DNA of 64,000 bases, taken from NCBI GenBank assembly GCA_022072225.1, contig JAJVIC010000015.1, positions 49,762 through 113,761 on the forward strand. The letters are read 5' to 3'. The stretch comes from Bacteroidia bacterium (lineage in GTDB: Bacteria; Bacteroidota; Bacteroidia; SXHM01). Positions 15,202 through 24,724 of the stretch are shown piece after piece; position 1 is the first letter of the stretch; each line of letters begins with the position of its first letter. Both the position numbers and the translations under genes were made by a program. The notes under the pieces were generated by a model. It was given only the letters and a program-made list of their open reading frames with translations, was not told the DNA's origin and searched no databases.

Positions 15202-15609
15202 ATGAGGGTTGTAATTGATACGAACATTTTATGGGTTTCCATTTCGCGTAAATCCACTACTCATTGGGTATTTGAAGAACTCCTAAAACAGAAGTTTGAA
15301 CTTTGTGTGAGTTCAGAAATTTTAACTGAATATGAAGAAATTATCAGTAAGAGATTAAGCCCAACAATTGCTACTTCAACTATGGAATTGCTGGATACAC
15401 TTTCTAATGTTTTCAAAGTTGAAGTTTACTACCGATGGAATCTTATTACTGTTGATCCGGATGATAATAAGTTTACTGATTGTGCAATTGCTGGCGGGTG
15501 TAATTTTATTGTAACACAAGACCATCATTTCAATGGTGTTAAAAACCACTCATTTCCTCCGATTTCGGTAATAAATTTGGAGCAATTCAGACAAATCTTA
15601 GTGGGATAA
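15202..15609 (+). CDS. PIN-domain toxin (putative toxin-antitoxin system toxin, PIN family)
   Basis: The N-terminal VVIDTNIL carries the first acidic residue. Later acidic residues occur at SSEILTEYEE, VDPDDNKF and VTQDHHF. The protein is about 135 aa. Confidence 0.75.
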   Translation: MRVVIDTNILWVSISRKSTTHWVFEELLKQKFELCVSSEILTEYEEIISKRLSPTIATSTMELLDTLSNVFKVEVYYRWNLITVDPDDNKFTDCAIAGGCNFIVTQDHHFNGVKNHSFPPISVINLEQFRQILVG

Positions 15610-15620
15610 ATAAAAGAGGA

Positions 15621-16106
15621 ATGTCTGAAGAATTAATCATCCTTTCAAAAGCTACCAGAGAAGAACAATACAAAAACCTCTTCCCTCAGATTGAAGCATT
15701 GATTGCAGGTGAAAATGATTTGGTTGCCAACCTCGCCAACATTGCTGCTGCAATTAAACAAACCTTTGATTTTTTGTGGGTTGGCTTTTACTTAGTGAAA
15801 GAAAACGAGTTGGTTTTAGGACCTTTTCAGGGACCAATTGCCTGCACGCGCATTGCCTTCGGCAAAGGTGTGTGCGGAACAGCCTGGAAAGAAATGAAAA
15901 CCATAGTGGCAGAAGACGTAGATAAATTTCCCGGGCATATTGCCTGTAGCAGTGATTCGAAATCCGAAATAGTGGTTCCTCTTTTTAAAAACGGAAATGT
16001 AGCAATGGTACTGGATGTAGACAGTGCGCAACTTGCTTCGTTCAACCAAACCGATGAGTTATGGTTGGGCAAAATTTGTAGTTTGATAGAAGCCAAATTC
16101 AGCTAA
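15621..16106 (+). CDS. msrC: GAF-domain free methionine-(R)-sulfoxide reductase
   Basis: GKGVCGTAW...VDKFPGHIACSSDSKSEIVVPLF matches the fRMsr/YebR signature. Confidence 0.8.
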   Translation: MSEELIILSKATREEQYKNLFPQIEALIAGENDLVANLANIAAAIKQTFDFLWVGFYLVKENELVLGPFQGPIACTRIAFGKGVCGTAWKEMKTIVAEDVDKFPGHIACSSDSKSEIVVPLFKNGNVAMVLDVDSAQLASFNQTDELWLGKICSLIEAKFS

Positions 16107-16210
16107 AAATATTCATAACTTTTTAATGCTGATTTCGTATCTATTCCGCTTTTTACAAATACGGATTATAAAATACTTGATTTTATTAATGGTTTTTGCC
16201 TGCTTTTGCT

Positions 16211-16218
16211 TAATTTTG
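16211..16218 (+). promoter_or_regulatory. Candidate -7 box TAATTTTG for the giant adhesin gene
   Basis: It matches TAnnTTTG and lies 21 nt upstream of the ATG at 16239. It sits inside the TTG-extended ORF, which argues for the 16239 start. Confidence 0.3.
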
Positions 16219-16238
16219 TTGTGAATATCAAGCTATTA

Positions 16239-19200
16239 ATGTCTAAAAAATTATCCGGACTTTTAATCTTTATTTTACTTGCCGGTTCCCTGCACGCGCA
16301 GTACCTGTTGGAACCTGCTCAGCCTGAATACTATTCTTTTGCAAAAAAATCGGAACAACGGATTACACAGGAAGTCACAGACTTTATTCCTGCTACATTC
16401 CGAAACCACCCTGAATATGCCGTAAATCCTTACAATGCGCCTTGCGAAAATTGCACGGAATTAATTGACAGAAGAAAAGAGGATGAGCGCTATTTTGTAG
16501 AAAACGGAACTAAAGGCCAGCAAATTTATGTGCAGAAATCCTATGGCCCAATGCATTTAAAAGATGAGCAGGGTAACTGGATAAGTCTTGATACCCGCCT
16601 GAAACCTCTTTCACAAAGTCGTTTTGCGGCAAAAAATCAACAATTCCCGGTGAGTATTAATGCCGAAGAAGGCTTTGCAATGATTGAAGTTACCGGACAC
16701 AGCATTAAATTTAATTCGCAACTGGAGTTGCTGCACAAAAACAGTTCGGGTACAATTACTTCGCTTGGAAATGCAACATGGACCAACTACACAGCAGGCG
16801 ATAATGGGTTAATCGTTTACAACCTTTGGCCTGGAATAGACATGACTATTCAGGCTTATCAAGGTCAGGTAAAAACAAATTTTACAATCAGAGAAAGGTT
16901 GAATATCACTGCCGGCTGGCTGATGATAAAAGATAAACTCGCATTCGGTGATGATTTGCAGGCCGACTGGACTTTAGCAACTCAAACAGGTGCAAATACT
17001 TTTGACGGAAACCTTTCGTTGCGTAACTCAACCGGTCAGGAATATTTTACCATAGCCCGGGCTTTTATGAATGATGCTTCAGAAGCAAGTGAGCCTTATT
17101 ACCTTAGCTATGAACTAAGCGATTCTAAAGACTTTTTTGTTTACGTTCCTGTTGATTGGCTTAATGCATCTGAAAGAATTTACCCGATAACAATTGACCC
17201 GCTGGTTTCTGCGTCTAATACCCTTCCTCAGGCTTCAATAATTGGTTCCGGTGACGGAAATGGCTGGACAAACGGATGCCCTTACACCATCAGCGTTCCT
17301 GTTCCCACAAACTGTACGGTAACTGATCTTCAGTGGTCGTTTAACTATAATGCCATCGGAACCTGTTTCAGAAATCAGGGGGCTGTAGATTTTATGCTTG
17401 GTGCATGCCGCAGCCCTGACCAAAACGGATTTTACTGGTATTGCAATAATCCAACGGCCGGGGCCTGCAATGGCAACAATATCTCCATTTTCTCGGATGT
17501 TGATCCTTGCATTCCTAACCCACAATGTGCTTCGTACAACCTTTCGTTAACGATGAATTTTTATCGCAATAATCCGTTTGGTGGAAATACTTGCAATAAC
17601 CTTTGCATTGCTTCAGGAAGTCCATGGACAGTTACTGTTATTGGCAGAACAGTTGAAATACCAACCATTACAGGCAATCAAACCATTTGCATCGGCAACA
17701 GCGCAACCATTACTGCCAGTGGCAATTATGGTGTTCCGCCTTATACTTATTCGTGGAGTAACGGAGCTACAGGAACAACTATTACGGTTACTCCCAACAC
17801 TACTACAACGTATACGGCAACCATAACAGATGCCTGCAATCAAACGGCTACTGCAAGCTCAACAGTAACCGTAACTCAAAATACAAATCCGGGTTTTACC
17901 ATTACACCCAATCCTGTTTGTGCGGGGCAACCTGTTGCAATCACGGGCCTGGGGGCAGGCCCTTCCAGCGCTTACGACTGGTTGTTTCCAAGTTCAACAA
18001 CGCCTACGGTAAACAATAATAAAACACCTTCGGTTACTTACAATACCGCAGGTACTTATAACATCACGCTGAACTATGCACAGGGCGCCTGCATATTCCC
18101 CTTAGTGCAAACTATTGATGTAACACCCAACGGAGGAGCACCTTCGGTAACGGTTGCCGCAAATCCTGCGGGAGCAATCTGTGCCGGAACAAGTGTAACG
18201 TTCACGGCAACACCCACAAATGGCGGAGGTGCGCCAACGTATCAATGGCAGGTGAATGGTGTAAATGCAGGTAGCGGAGGCGCAACATTTACTTCATCAA
18301 CCTTAAACAACGGAGATGCGGTAACAGTAATTATGACTTCCAGTTCCAACTGTGTTTCACCGGCAACCGGAACTTCTACGGCAGTAGTCATGATAGTTAA
18401 CCCAACGGTTGTTCCTTCGGTAACTATTGCAGCCAATCCTTCGGGAGCAATTTGTGCGGGAACGAATGTTACGTTTACGGCTACACCAACCAATGGAGGC
18501 GGAGCGCCAACCTATCAATGGACTGTAAACGGAACCAATGTAGCAACAGGAGCAACATTTACTACCAATTCATTAAATAACGGAGATGTTGTAAGGGTAA
18601 CACTGACATCAAATGCAAATTGTGTTTCACCAGCTACTGCCAATTCGAATACTATTAACATGACGGTAAATGCTCCGGTTACACCATCAGTGAGCATCAC
18701 GGCAAATCCGAATACACCTGTTTGTCCGGGTACAAGCATTACCTTTACTGCAACCCCTACCAACGGAGGCGGAGCACCAACCTATCAATGGCAGGTAAAC
18801 GGTGCTAATGCCGGAAGCGGAGGTGCAACATTTACAACTACTACATTAAATGATGGAGATGTGGTTCATGTGATACTAACATCCAATGCAGCCTGTGTTT
18901 CTCCGGCAACAGCTACCTCTAATGATATTACCGTTTCCATTTTACCGGCACCTGTTCCTTCTGTATCCATTGCGGCAAATCCGGCAGGAGCAATCTGTGC
19001 CGGAACCAGTGTAATATTTACCGCAACGCCAACCAACGGGGGCGGAGCGCCAACCTATCAATGGCAGGTAAACGGAACCAATGCCGGAACCGGAGCTACG
19101 TTTACATCATCTTCTTTAAATAATAATGATGCGGTTACTGTAGTGATGACCTCCAATGCAACCTGTGCTTCACCTGCTACAGCAACATCTAATACCATTA

Positions 19201-21866
19201 CAATTTCTGTAACAACCAACTTAGTACCTTCGGTAAGCATTGCGGCAAACCCTGCCGGAATTGTTTGTGCCGGAACCAGTGTAACGTTTACAGCAACCCC
19301 AACAAATGGAGGCGGAGCGCCAACCTATCAATGGACTGTAAACGGGGTCAATTCAGGAACAGGAGCAACATTTACTTCAACAACACTTAATAATAATGAT
19401 GTGGTTGCAGTGGTGATGACTTCCAACGCAACCTGCGTTTCCACACCAACTGCAAATTCCAATACCATCAACATGCTGGTTCTGCCTATTGTTGCACCAA
19501 CGGTAACTATCGCGGCAAATCCCGCAGGAGCAATCTGTGCAGGAGCCAGCGTTACTTTTACAGCAACACCGACTAACGGAGGAGTTCCAACGTATCAATG
19601 GCAGGTGAACGGAACCAACTCAGTAACCGGAGCAAGCTTTACATCCGCATCACTGAACAACGGAGATAATGTAACGGTAATCATGACTTCCAATGCTGCC
19701 TGTGTTTCGCCCAACACGGCCACATCCAATACTATTACCATGGTTGTTACGCCAACCGTTACGCCTTTGGTTACTGTTGCAGCAGTTCCTTCTGGACAAA
19801 TATGCACCGGAACCAGTGTAACCTTTACAGCTACCCCAACTAACGGAGGCGGAGCACCAACGTATCAATGGCAGGTGAACGGAATCAATGCAGGAACAGG
19901 CGCTACGTTTACTTCTGCTGCATTGAATGATAACGATGTTGTTACCGTTACCATGACCTCCAATGCAACCTGTGCTTCACCAATAACCGCAAGTTCAGCG
20001 CCTGTTACAATGGATGTAAGCACAACAGTAGTTCCTTCTATTTCCATTGCAGCAGCACCATCCAATGTTATTTGCAGCGGAACCAATGTTACGTTTACGC
20101 CCACCACAAGCGGAGGCGGAAATGGCCCGACTTATCAATGGACAGTAAACGGAGTTAATGCCGGAACCAATTCAACTTTTTCATCATCTACACTCAATGA
20201 CAACGATGTTATTGAAGTAGTGATGACTTCTGCCAGCACGTGTGCCACTCCGCAAACGGCCACATCCAATCAGGTGGTGATGACGGTTGACCAGGTGGTT
20301 ACACCTTCGGTTACCATTGCAGATTTTCCAAGCGGACCGCAATGTGCCGGAACAAACATTACCATTACACCCACTCCTGTAAACGAAGGAACTAATCCGG
20401 TTTATGAATGGTTCATCAATGGAGTAAGCTCAGGAAACTCAACGTCACTTTCTTCTTCATCCTTTAATGATGGCGATGTGGTTTCGGTTATTCTTACTTC
20501 TGATGCCGTGTGTGCTACTCCGGTAACGGCTGCATCCAATTCCATCACTATTGCTATTGATCAGGTAATTAATCCAAGTGTTACGGTTGCTGCTGTTCCG
20601 GCAGGAACAATCTGTTTCGGAGAACAGGTAACATTTACGGCAACGCCAAGCAGTGCAGGAGCAAACCCAAGCTATCAATGGACCGTAAACGGAACCAACG
20701 CGGGAACAGGCGATACCTTTTCATCGTCTTCCTTAAATGATGGCGATGTGGTGGTGGTTACTCTCACTTCATCTTCGCCTTGCGCTAATCCTACTACAGC
20801 AACATCCACACCTATTGCAGCGGATGTAAATACATACGTTACACCGAGTGTAACCATTGTGGCATCGCCTTCAGGGCCGGTTTGCACAGGGGCAACGGTT
20901 ACCTTTACGGCAAGCGGAACAAATGGCGGAAGCGCAGCAGCCTATCAGTGGCAGATAAACGGAGTTAACGTAGGAACGGGAACAACTTTTTCTTCCAGTA
21001 CATTTAATGAAGGCGATGTTGTTTTCGTCATACTTACTTCGAGCGAGCCCTGCACCAACGGAAACCCGGCCACATCCAATCAGATTGTTATGACGCTGGC
21101 ACAGCCTATTGCAGTTACTGCTTCTGATGACGTAACGGTTTGTTCCAGCGCACCCATTTCTTTAGATGCGCAGGCAACAGGCGGTGACGGAATTTACAGC
21201 TACACCTGGAATAACGGTGCAGGAAACGGCAGTACGGTAAGTGTTAATCCTGCACAAACAACAACGTATACGGTAACCGTAAGCGATCAATGCGGTTCCA
21301 CACCGGCAAGTGATGATGTTACCGTTACCGTTAATCAGCCCGTTGCAAGTTTTGGGTTTACACCCCAGCAACCAGACATGAATGATTCGGAAGTGCGTTT
21401 TGAAAACCAATCGGAAGGTGGTGTTGATTATTTCTGGGATTTTGGAGACGGAACTACCAGCACGGATGTAAATCCTGTACACAATTTCGGCTCGCCCGGT
21501 GATTATACCGTTACGCTAACGGTTACTTCCGCGGGTGGCTGCGTTGAAACCACTACCTATATTATAACGGTTGATGATGTAATGGCTTTCTGGGTTCCCA
21601 GCGCCTTTACTCCCAATGGTGACGGACTGAACGACACCTTCTTTATGAACGGAACGATGGACAAACCTTATGTGATGCGTGTTTACAACCGCCTTGGTTC
21701 TGAAATTTATTTCACCGATAATTCAGTGCCCTGGAATGGTGCAATCTTCAATGTGGGCGATGTAGTGCAAAACGGTGTTTACGTTTATGAAATTGATTTA
21801 GACGATTCCGATTTCAAAGGAAAAACCGTTGTGGGAAGGGTTACGGTTATCAGGGACGGAAGATAA
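16239..21866 (+). CDS. Giant secreted repeat adhesin with a T9SS type B (CHU_C / gliding-motility-associated) C-terminal sorting domain
   Basis: Signal peptide MSKKLSGLLIFILLAGSLHAQ. There are 11 tandem ~90-aa Ig-like modules and a PKD-like module (FWDFGDGTTS). The C-terminus carries FWVPSAFTPNGDGLNDTFF, typical of the type B sorting domain. Confidence 0.85.
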   Translation: MSKKLSGLLIFILLAGSLHAQYLLEPAQPEYYSFAKKSEQRITQEVTDFIPATFRNHPEYAVNPYNAPCENCTELIDRRKEDERYFVENGTKGQQIYVQKSYGPMHLKDEQGNWISLDTRLKPLSQSRFAAKNQQFPVSINAEEGFAMIEVTGHSIKFNSQLELLHKNSSGTITSLGNATWTNYTAGDNGLIVYNLWPGIDMTIQAYQGQVKTNFTIRERLNITAGWLMIKDKLAFGDDLQADWTLATQTGANTFDGNLSLRNSTGQEYFTIARAFMNDASEASEPYYLSYELSDSKDFFVYVPVDWLNASERIYPITIDPLVSASNTLPQASIIGSGDGNGWTNGCPYTISVPVPTNCTVTDLQWSFNYNAIGTCFRNQGAVDFMLGACRSPDQNGFYWYCNNPTAGACNGNNISIFSDVDPCIPNPQCASYNLSLTMNFYRNNPFGGNTCNNLCIASGSPWTVTVIGRTVEIPTITGNQTICIGNSATITASGNYGVPPYTYSWSNGATGTTITVTPNTTTTYTATITDACNQTATASSTVTVTQNTNPGFTITPNPVCAGQPVAITGLGAGPSSAYDWLFPSSTTPTVNNNKTPSVTYNTAGTYNITLNYAQGACIFPLVQTIDVTPNGGAPSVTVAANPAGAICAGTSVTFTATPTNGGGAPTYQWQVNGVNAGSGGATFTSSTLNNGDAVTVIMTSSSNCVSPATGTSTAVVMIVNPTVVPSVTIAANPSGAICAGTNVTFTATPTNGGGAPTYQWTVNGTNVATGATFTTNSLNNGDVVRVTLTSNANCVSPATANSNTINMTVNAPVTPSVSITANPNTPVCPGTSITFTATPTNGGGAPTYQWQVNGANAGSGGATFTTTTLNDGDVVHVILTSNAACVSPATATSNDITVSILPAPVPSVSIAANPAGAICAGTSVIFTATPTNGGGAPTYQWQVNGTNAGTGATFTSSSLNNNDAVTVVMTSNATCASPATATSNTITISVTTNLVPSVSIAANPAGIVCAGTSVTFTATPTNGGGAPTYQWTVNGVNSGTGATFTSTTLNNNDVVAVVMTSNATCVSTPTANSNTINMLVLPIVAPTVTIAANPAGAICAGASVTFTATPTNGGVPTYQWQVNGTNSVTGASFTSASLNNGDNVTVIMTSNAACVSPNTATSNTITMVVTPTVTPLVTVAAVPSGQICTGTSVTFTATPTNGGGAPTYQWQVNGINAGTGATFTSAALNDNDVVTVTMTSNATCASPITASSAPVTMDVSTTVVPSISIAAAPSNVICSGTNVTFTPTTSGGGNGPTYQWTVNGVNAGTNSTFSSSTLNDNDVIEVVMTSASTCATPQTATSNQVVMTVDQVVTPSVTIADFPSGPQCAGTNITITPTPVNEGTNPVYEWFINGVSSGNSTSLSSSSFNDGDVVSVILTSDAVCATPVTAASNSITIAIDQVINPSVTVAAVPAGTICFGEQVTFTATPSSAGANPSYQWTVNGTNAGTGDTFSSSSLNDGDVVVVTLTSSSPCANPTTATSTPIAADVNTYVTPSVTIVASPSGPVCTGATVTFTASGTNGGSAAAYQWQINGVNVGTGTTFSSSTFNEGDVVFVILTSSEPCTNGNPATSNQIVMTLAQPIAVTASDDVTVCSSAPISLDAQATGGDGIYSYTWNNGAGNGSTVSVNPAQTTTYTVTVSDQCGSTPASDDVTVTVNQPVASFGFTPQQPDMNDSEVRFENQSEGGVDYFWDFGDGTTSTDVNPVHNFGSPGDYTVTLTVTSAGGCVETTTYIITVDDVMAFWVPSAFTPNGDGLNDTFFMNGTMDKPYVMRVYNRLGSEIYFTDNSVPWNGAIFNVGDVVQNGVYVYEIDLDDSDFKGKTVVGRVTVIRDGR
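18141..21100 (+). repeat. Eleven tandem ~270-276-bp coding repeats inside the adhesin gene
   Basis: The protein module ...ICAGTSVTFTATPTNGGGAPTYQWQVNGxNAGTGATFTSxxLNNGDxVTVxMTSNAxCxSPxTAxSN... recurs 11 times. The first seven copies are also very similar at the DNA level. Confidence 0.9.
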
Positions 21867-21875
21867 AATTAAGCA

Positions 21876-23000
21876 CTATTTTTTCACAAACTTAGTAATC
21901 ACATTTCTGTGATTATTCATCATTTTTACGCAATAAACTCCGGGCGAAAAGGTGTCAACTGAAATAGAAGAAGCGTTTTTATAATCGGTATTGCGGTAAA
22001 CAATTTTGCCAGCCAGATCATAGATAAGCAGTTCAACTTTTCCGGTTAAATCATTTTGCAGCGATAGTGTATTTTCAACGGGGTTGGGGAAAACCAAAAC
22101 CGCTGTTGATTTATTTTCTTCCAGAGAAGTAGAGGTAACGCAACGGGGATGATTATTAAAAAACTGAAGGATTTCTGAATTGGCGCTGATGTCGTGGGTG
22201 GTAACGCCAATCGTAAACGCGGCATCGGGCCAGGTATGTGCGCCACCGTTTATTCTAAACGTTATCAGTTCGGTAGCAGCATCGCAGGTTGTGTGGTGAA
22301 TTTTGGTAACCGTTGCACCATCCAATGGGTCGGTGTCGGGCAAATCCTGTGTGATGGCAGCGCCCAAACAGGAATTATGTGAAGCCCAGAAATTAAAATT
22401 TTCGTCAACGGAAGTGAAAGCCACTGTGCCGTTGTAGGGAACTGTATTGTCTGCCGTTCCGTGAATTTCCATAACGGCCACCGCACGGGTATTCTGACAA
22501 TAAAACATCATGCTGTCGGTCATACTTCCGGTAACGGAAGCTACGGCTGCAATTTTATTTTCCAGTTCGCAGGCAAGACGGTAGCTCATAAAACCACCGT
22601 TGCTCATTCCGGTTGAAAAAACACGGCAAGCATCAATGTTATAATTCGCAGAAATGGTATCAATCAGAGCAGATAAAAAACCAACATCATCCACTCCCGA
22701 ATGATAAGGATTATTCCAGCCGCTGTTCCAGGCGTTTGCAATTCCGTTGGGATAAACCACAATATAACCTGCCGTGTCGGCATCGCTGTCAAAGCCGGTG
22801 TATAATTGCTGTTGCTGTGCGTTGGAAGTGTAGCCGTGCAGGTTTAAGACAAGCGGAGTGGCCACCGAAGCATTGTAGCCGGGCGGAACATGTAAAATGT
22901 AATCACGCAATACACCATTGTAAGTAAAGCTTCCGGTTGAGTTTTGACCAGAAACAGCAAGAGTTGCAAGCAGCAGAAATGACACTAAAAATGTTTTCAT
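21876..23000 (-). CDS. Secreted PHB-depolymerase-family esterase (LpqC-like) with a T9SS type A C-terminal sorting domain
   Basis: Signal peptide present. Motifs include PLVLNLHGY and the nucleophile elbow GMSNGG. The C-terminal ~80 aa are VFPNPVENTLSL...GVYCVKMM..., a Por secretion tail. Confidence 0.8.
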   Translation of the reverse strand: MKTFLVSFLLLATLAVSGQNSTGSFTYNGVLRDYILHVPPGYNASVATPLVLNLHGYTSNAQQQQLYTGFDSDADTAGYIVVYPNGIANAWNSGWNNPYHSGVDDVGFLSALIDTISANYNIDACRVFSTGMSNGGFMSYRLACELENKIAAVASVTGSMTDSMMFYCQNTRAVAVMEIHGTADNTVPYNGTVAFTSVDENFNFWASHNSCLGAAITQDLPDTDPLDGATVTKIHHTTCDAATELITFRINGGAHTWPDAAFTIGVTTHDISANSEILQFFNNHPRCVTSTSLEENKSTAVLVFPNPVENTLSLQNDLTGKVELLIYDLAGKIVYRNTDYKNASSISVDTFSPGVYCVKMMNNHRNVITKFVKK

Positions 23001-23065
23001 AAGGCGATTTATTGAAGCACTAAAGTATAAAATGATTTCCGCTTGGCAGATTTAACCATATTTGC

Positions 23066-23770
23066 ATGATTTTAAAAAAACAGAAAACGATGAACAAACT
23101 TTCTCTTGCAATAAATGCAGTGCTGGTGATAGCAGTTGGCGTGCTTTATTATTTTCATTTCTCGGGCAAAAAAGAAACTACCGTTACGGATGCCGATTTG
23201 CTGGCCAGCCGCGACAGTATATCGCGCAACCTTACGATGGTTTATGTAAACATTGATTCGTTGCTAACAAATTATAAGTATGTTGAAGAAGTTGAGAAAC
23301 AGTTAGAGGCGAAAAAAAATACCATGCTTTCGCAAATCAGTTCAAAAAGCAGTCAGCTGGAAAGCAAACTTGGAGCTAAAGCCGAAGCCTTGCAAAGAAA
23401 AGCACAGGATTTTGAGGCAAAGGCAGAAGGTATGAGCCCTTCGTTGCAACAGATAAGAATGCAATCGCTTCAGGAAGAAGATCAGGCTTTGCAGCAAGAA
23501 AGCATGGAAGCGCAACAAACGATTATGGAACTGAAAGAGACTTTGGGCGCCCAATTGATGCAGGACGAAGCTGAACTGAATGACGAAGTTCAGCAATTAA
23601 TTACAGACTACATTGAAAAATATAACAAAGACCACAATTATACCTTTGTTCTTGCAAAAGGAACAGGTGCGGGGGTTTTATTTGCACACGATGCCTTAGA
23701 CATTACCAACGAAATTCTTGACGGATTGAATAAAGAATACGAAGAGAAGAAGAAAGAGGAGAAGAAGTAG
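23066..23770 (+). CDS. OmpH/Skp-family periplasmic chaperone-like protein
   Basis: It has an N-terminal anchor, a long Q/E/K-rich coiled coil and a K/E-rich tail. The real start may be the Met at 23090. Confidence 0.7.
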   Translation: MILKKQKTMNKLSLAINAVLVIAVGVLYYFHFSGKKETTVTDADLLASRDSISRNLTMVYVNIDSLLTNYKYVEEVEKQLEAKKNTMLSQISSKSSQLESKLGAKAEALQRKAQDFEAKAEGMSPSLQQIRMQSLQEEDQALQQESMEAQQTIMELKETLGAQLMQDEAELNDEVQQLITDYIEKYNKDHNYTFVLAKGTGAGVLFAHDALDITNEILDGLNKEYEEKKKEEKK

Positions 23771-23773
23771 GCA

Positions 23774-24724
23774 GTGGAAAAAGTCAAAAGCCAAAAGTCA
23801 AAATTCAAAAGTTTTTTTCAGCTAATCCGTTTTCCGAATCTTGTAATAATGGCACTCACCATGCTTTTGGTAAAATGGTGCCTGATTGATACGCTTCTGG
23901 CCTTTGAGAGCATAGTTCCTGCATTTTCCAATCTTAGTTTTGCACTCTTGGTAATCTCTACATTATTGATTGCCGCAGGCGGTTATGTAGTAAATGATTA
24001 TTTGGATACCGATATTGATGCAGTAAACAAATCAGATAAAATCATTGTTGGGAATACTATTTCAAAAAATGCTGCATGGAATAGTTATGTTGCTTTATCG
24101 CTTGCCGGTTTACTCGCAGCAGCATTGCCTGCATGGGAAATTGGTAATGTAAATTATGTACTGATACAAGTTATTTCAGGCGGGTTGTTGTGGTTTTATT
24201 CTTATTCTTACAAGCGGCAAGTGTTGATTGGAAACATTGTGGTCTCAGGCCTTTCAGCAATTATAGTGTTGCTTCCGGTTTATTATGAGGCTATGGCAGA
24301 AGACAAACTTTACAATACCATTTCCGTCAATTTCTTTTTTGTGAAAGCTTATTTTGTCTTTGCCTTTCTTACCACTTTTTCGCGTGAACTAATTAAAGAT
24401 ATGGAAGATATGGAAGGCGATAAAAGCGCTAACTGCCGCACTTTCCCGATTGTTGCCGGTGTTGTTCCCGCAAAAATTCTGGCTATTTTTTTTACATTAA
24501 TCGTAATGGCAGCTGTTGCGTACATTCAGTATTATCAGTATGAATCGCAGGATTATATTTCCATGATTTATTTTTTAGTAGCGGTGCAGCTACCCTCACT
24601 CTGGTTGGTGCTGAAAACTGCGCGTGCAAAGGAGAAAAATGATTTCCATTTTGCAAGTACGCTTTCAAAAGTGGTAATGGTAGGAGGTGTTTTGTCTATG
24701 CTGGTTTTTAAATACACGTTATGA
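23774..24724 (+). CDS. UbiA-family prenyltransferase
   Basis: Contains the NDYLDTDIDAVNK (NDxxDxxxD) motif, about 8 TM segments, and a second Asp-rich region, KDMEDMEGD. The start codon is GTG. Confidence 0.75.
   Translation: MEKVKSQKSKFKSFFQLIRFPNLVIMALTMLLVKWCLIDTLLAFESIVPAFSNLSFALLVISTLLIAAGGYVVNDYLDTDIDAVNKSDKIIVGNTISKNAAWNSYVALSLAGLLAAALPAWEIGNVNYVLIQVISGGLLWFYSYSYKRQVLIGNIVVSGLSAIIVLLPVYYEAMAEDKLYNTISVNFFFVKAYFVFAFLTTFSRELIKDMEDMEGDKSANCRTFPIVAGVVPAKILAIFFTLIVMAAVAYIQYYQYESQDYISMIYFLVAVQLPSLWLVLKTARAKEKNDFHFASTLSKVVMVGGVLSMLVFKYTL
23777..23811. repeat. Short 9-10-bp tandem repeat element (AAAGTCAAAAG-like, family E) forming the N-terminal codons of the UbiA-family gene
   Basis: GAAAAAGTCAAAAGCCAAAAGTCAAAATTCAAAAG encodes KVKSQKSKFKS. 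There is a related copy at 49275-49308. Confidence 0.5.

Noticed and set aside
17235-21482. A ladder of 60-106-aa, mostly antisense ORFs across the giant adhesin (for example 18242..18493, 18515..18763, 19865..20107, 20675..20887).
   Set aside because: Their periodic recurrence mirrors the 270-bp sense-strand repeats, so they are shadow ORFs of the adhesin gene.
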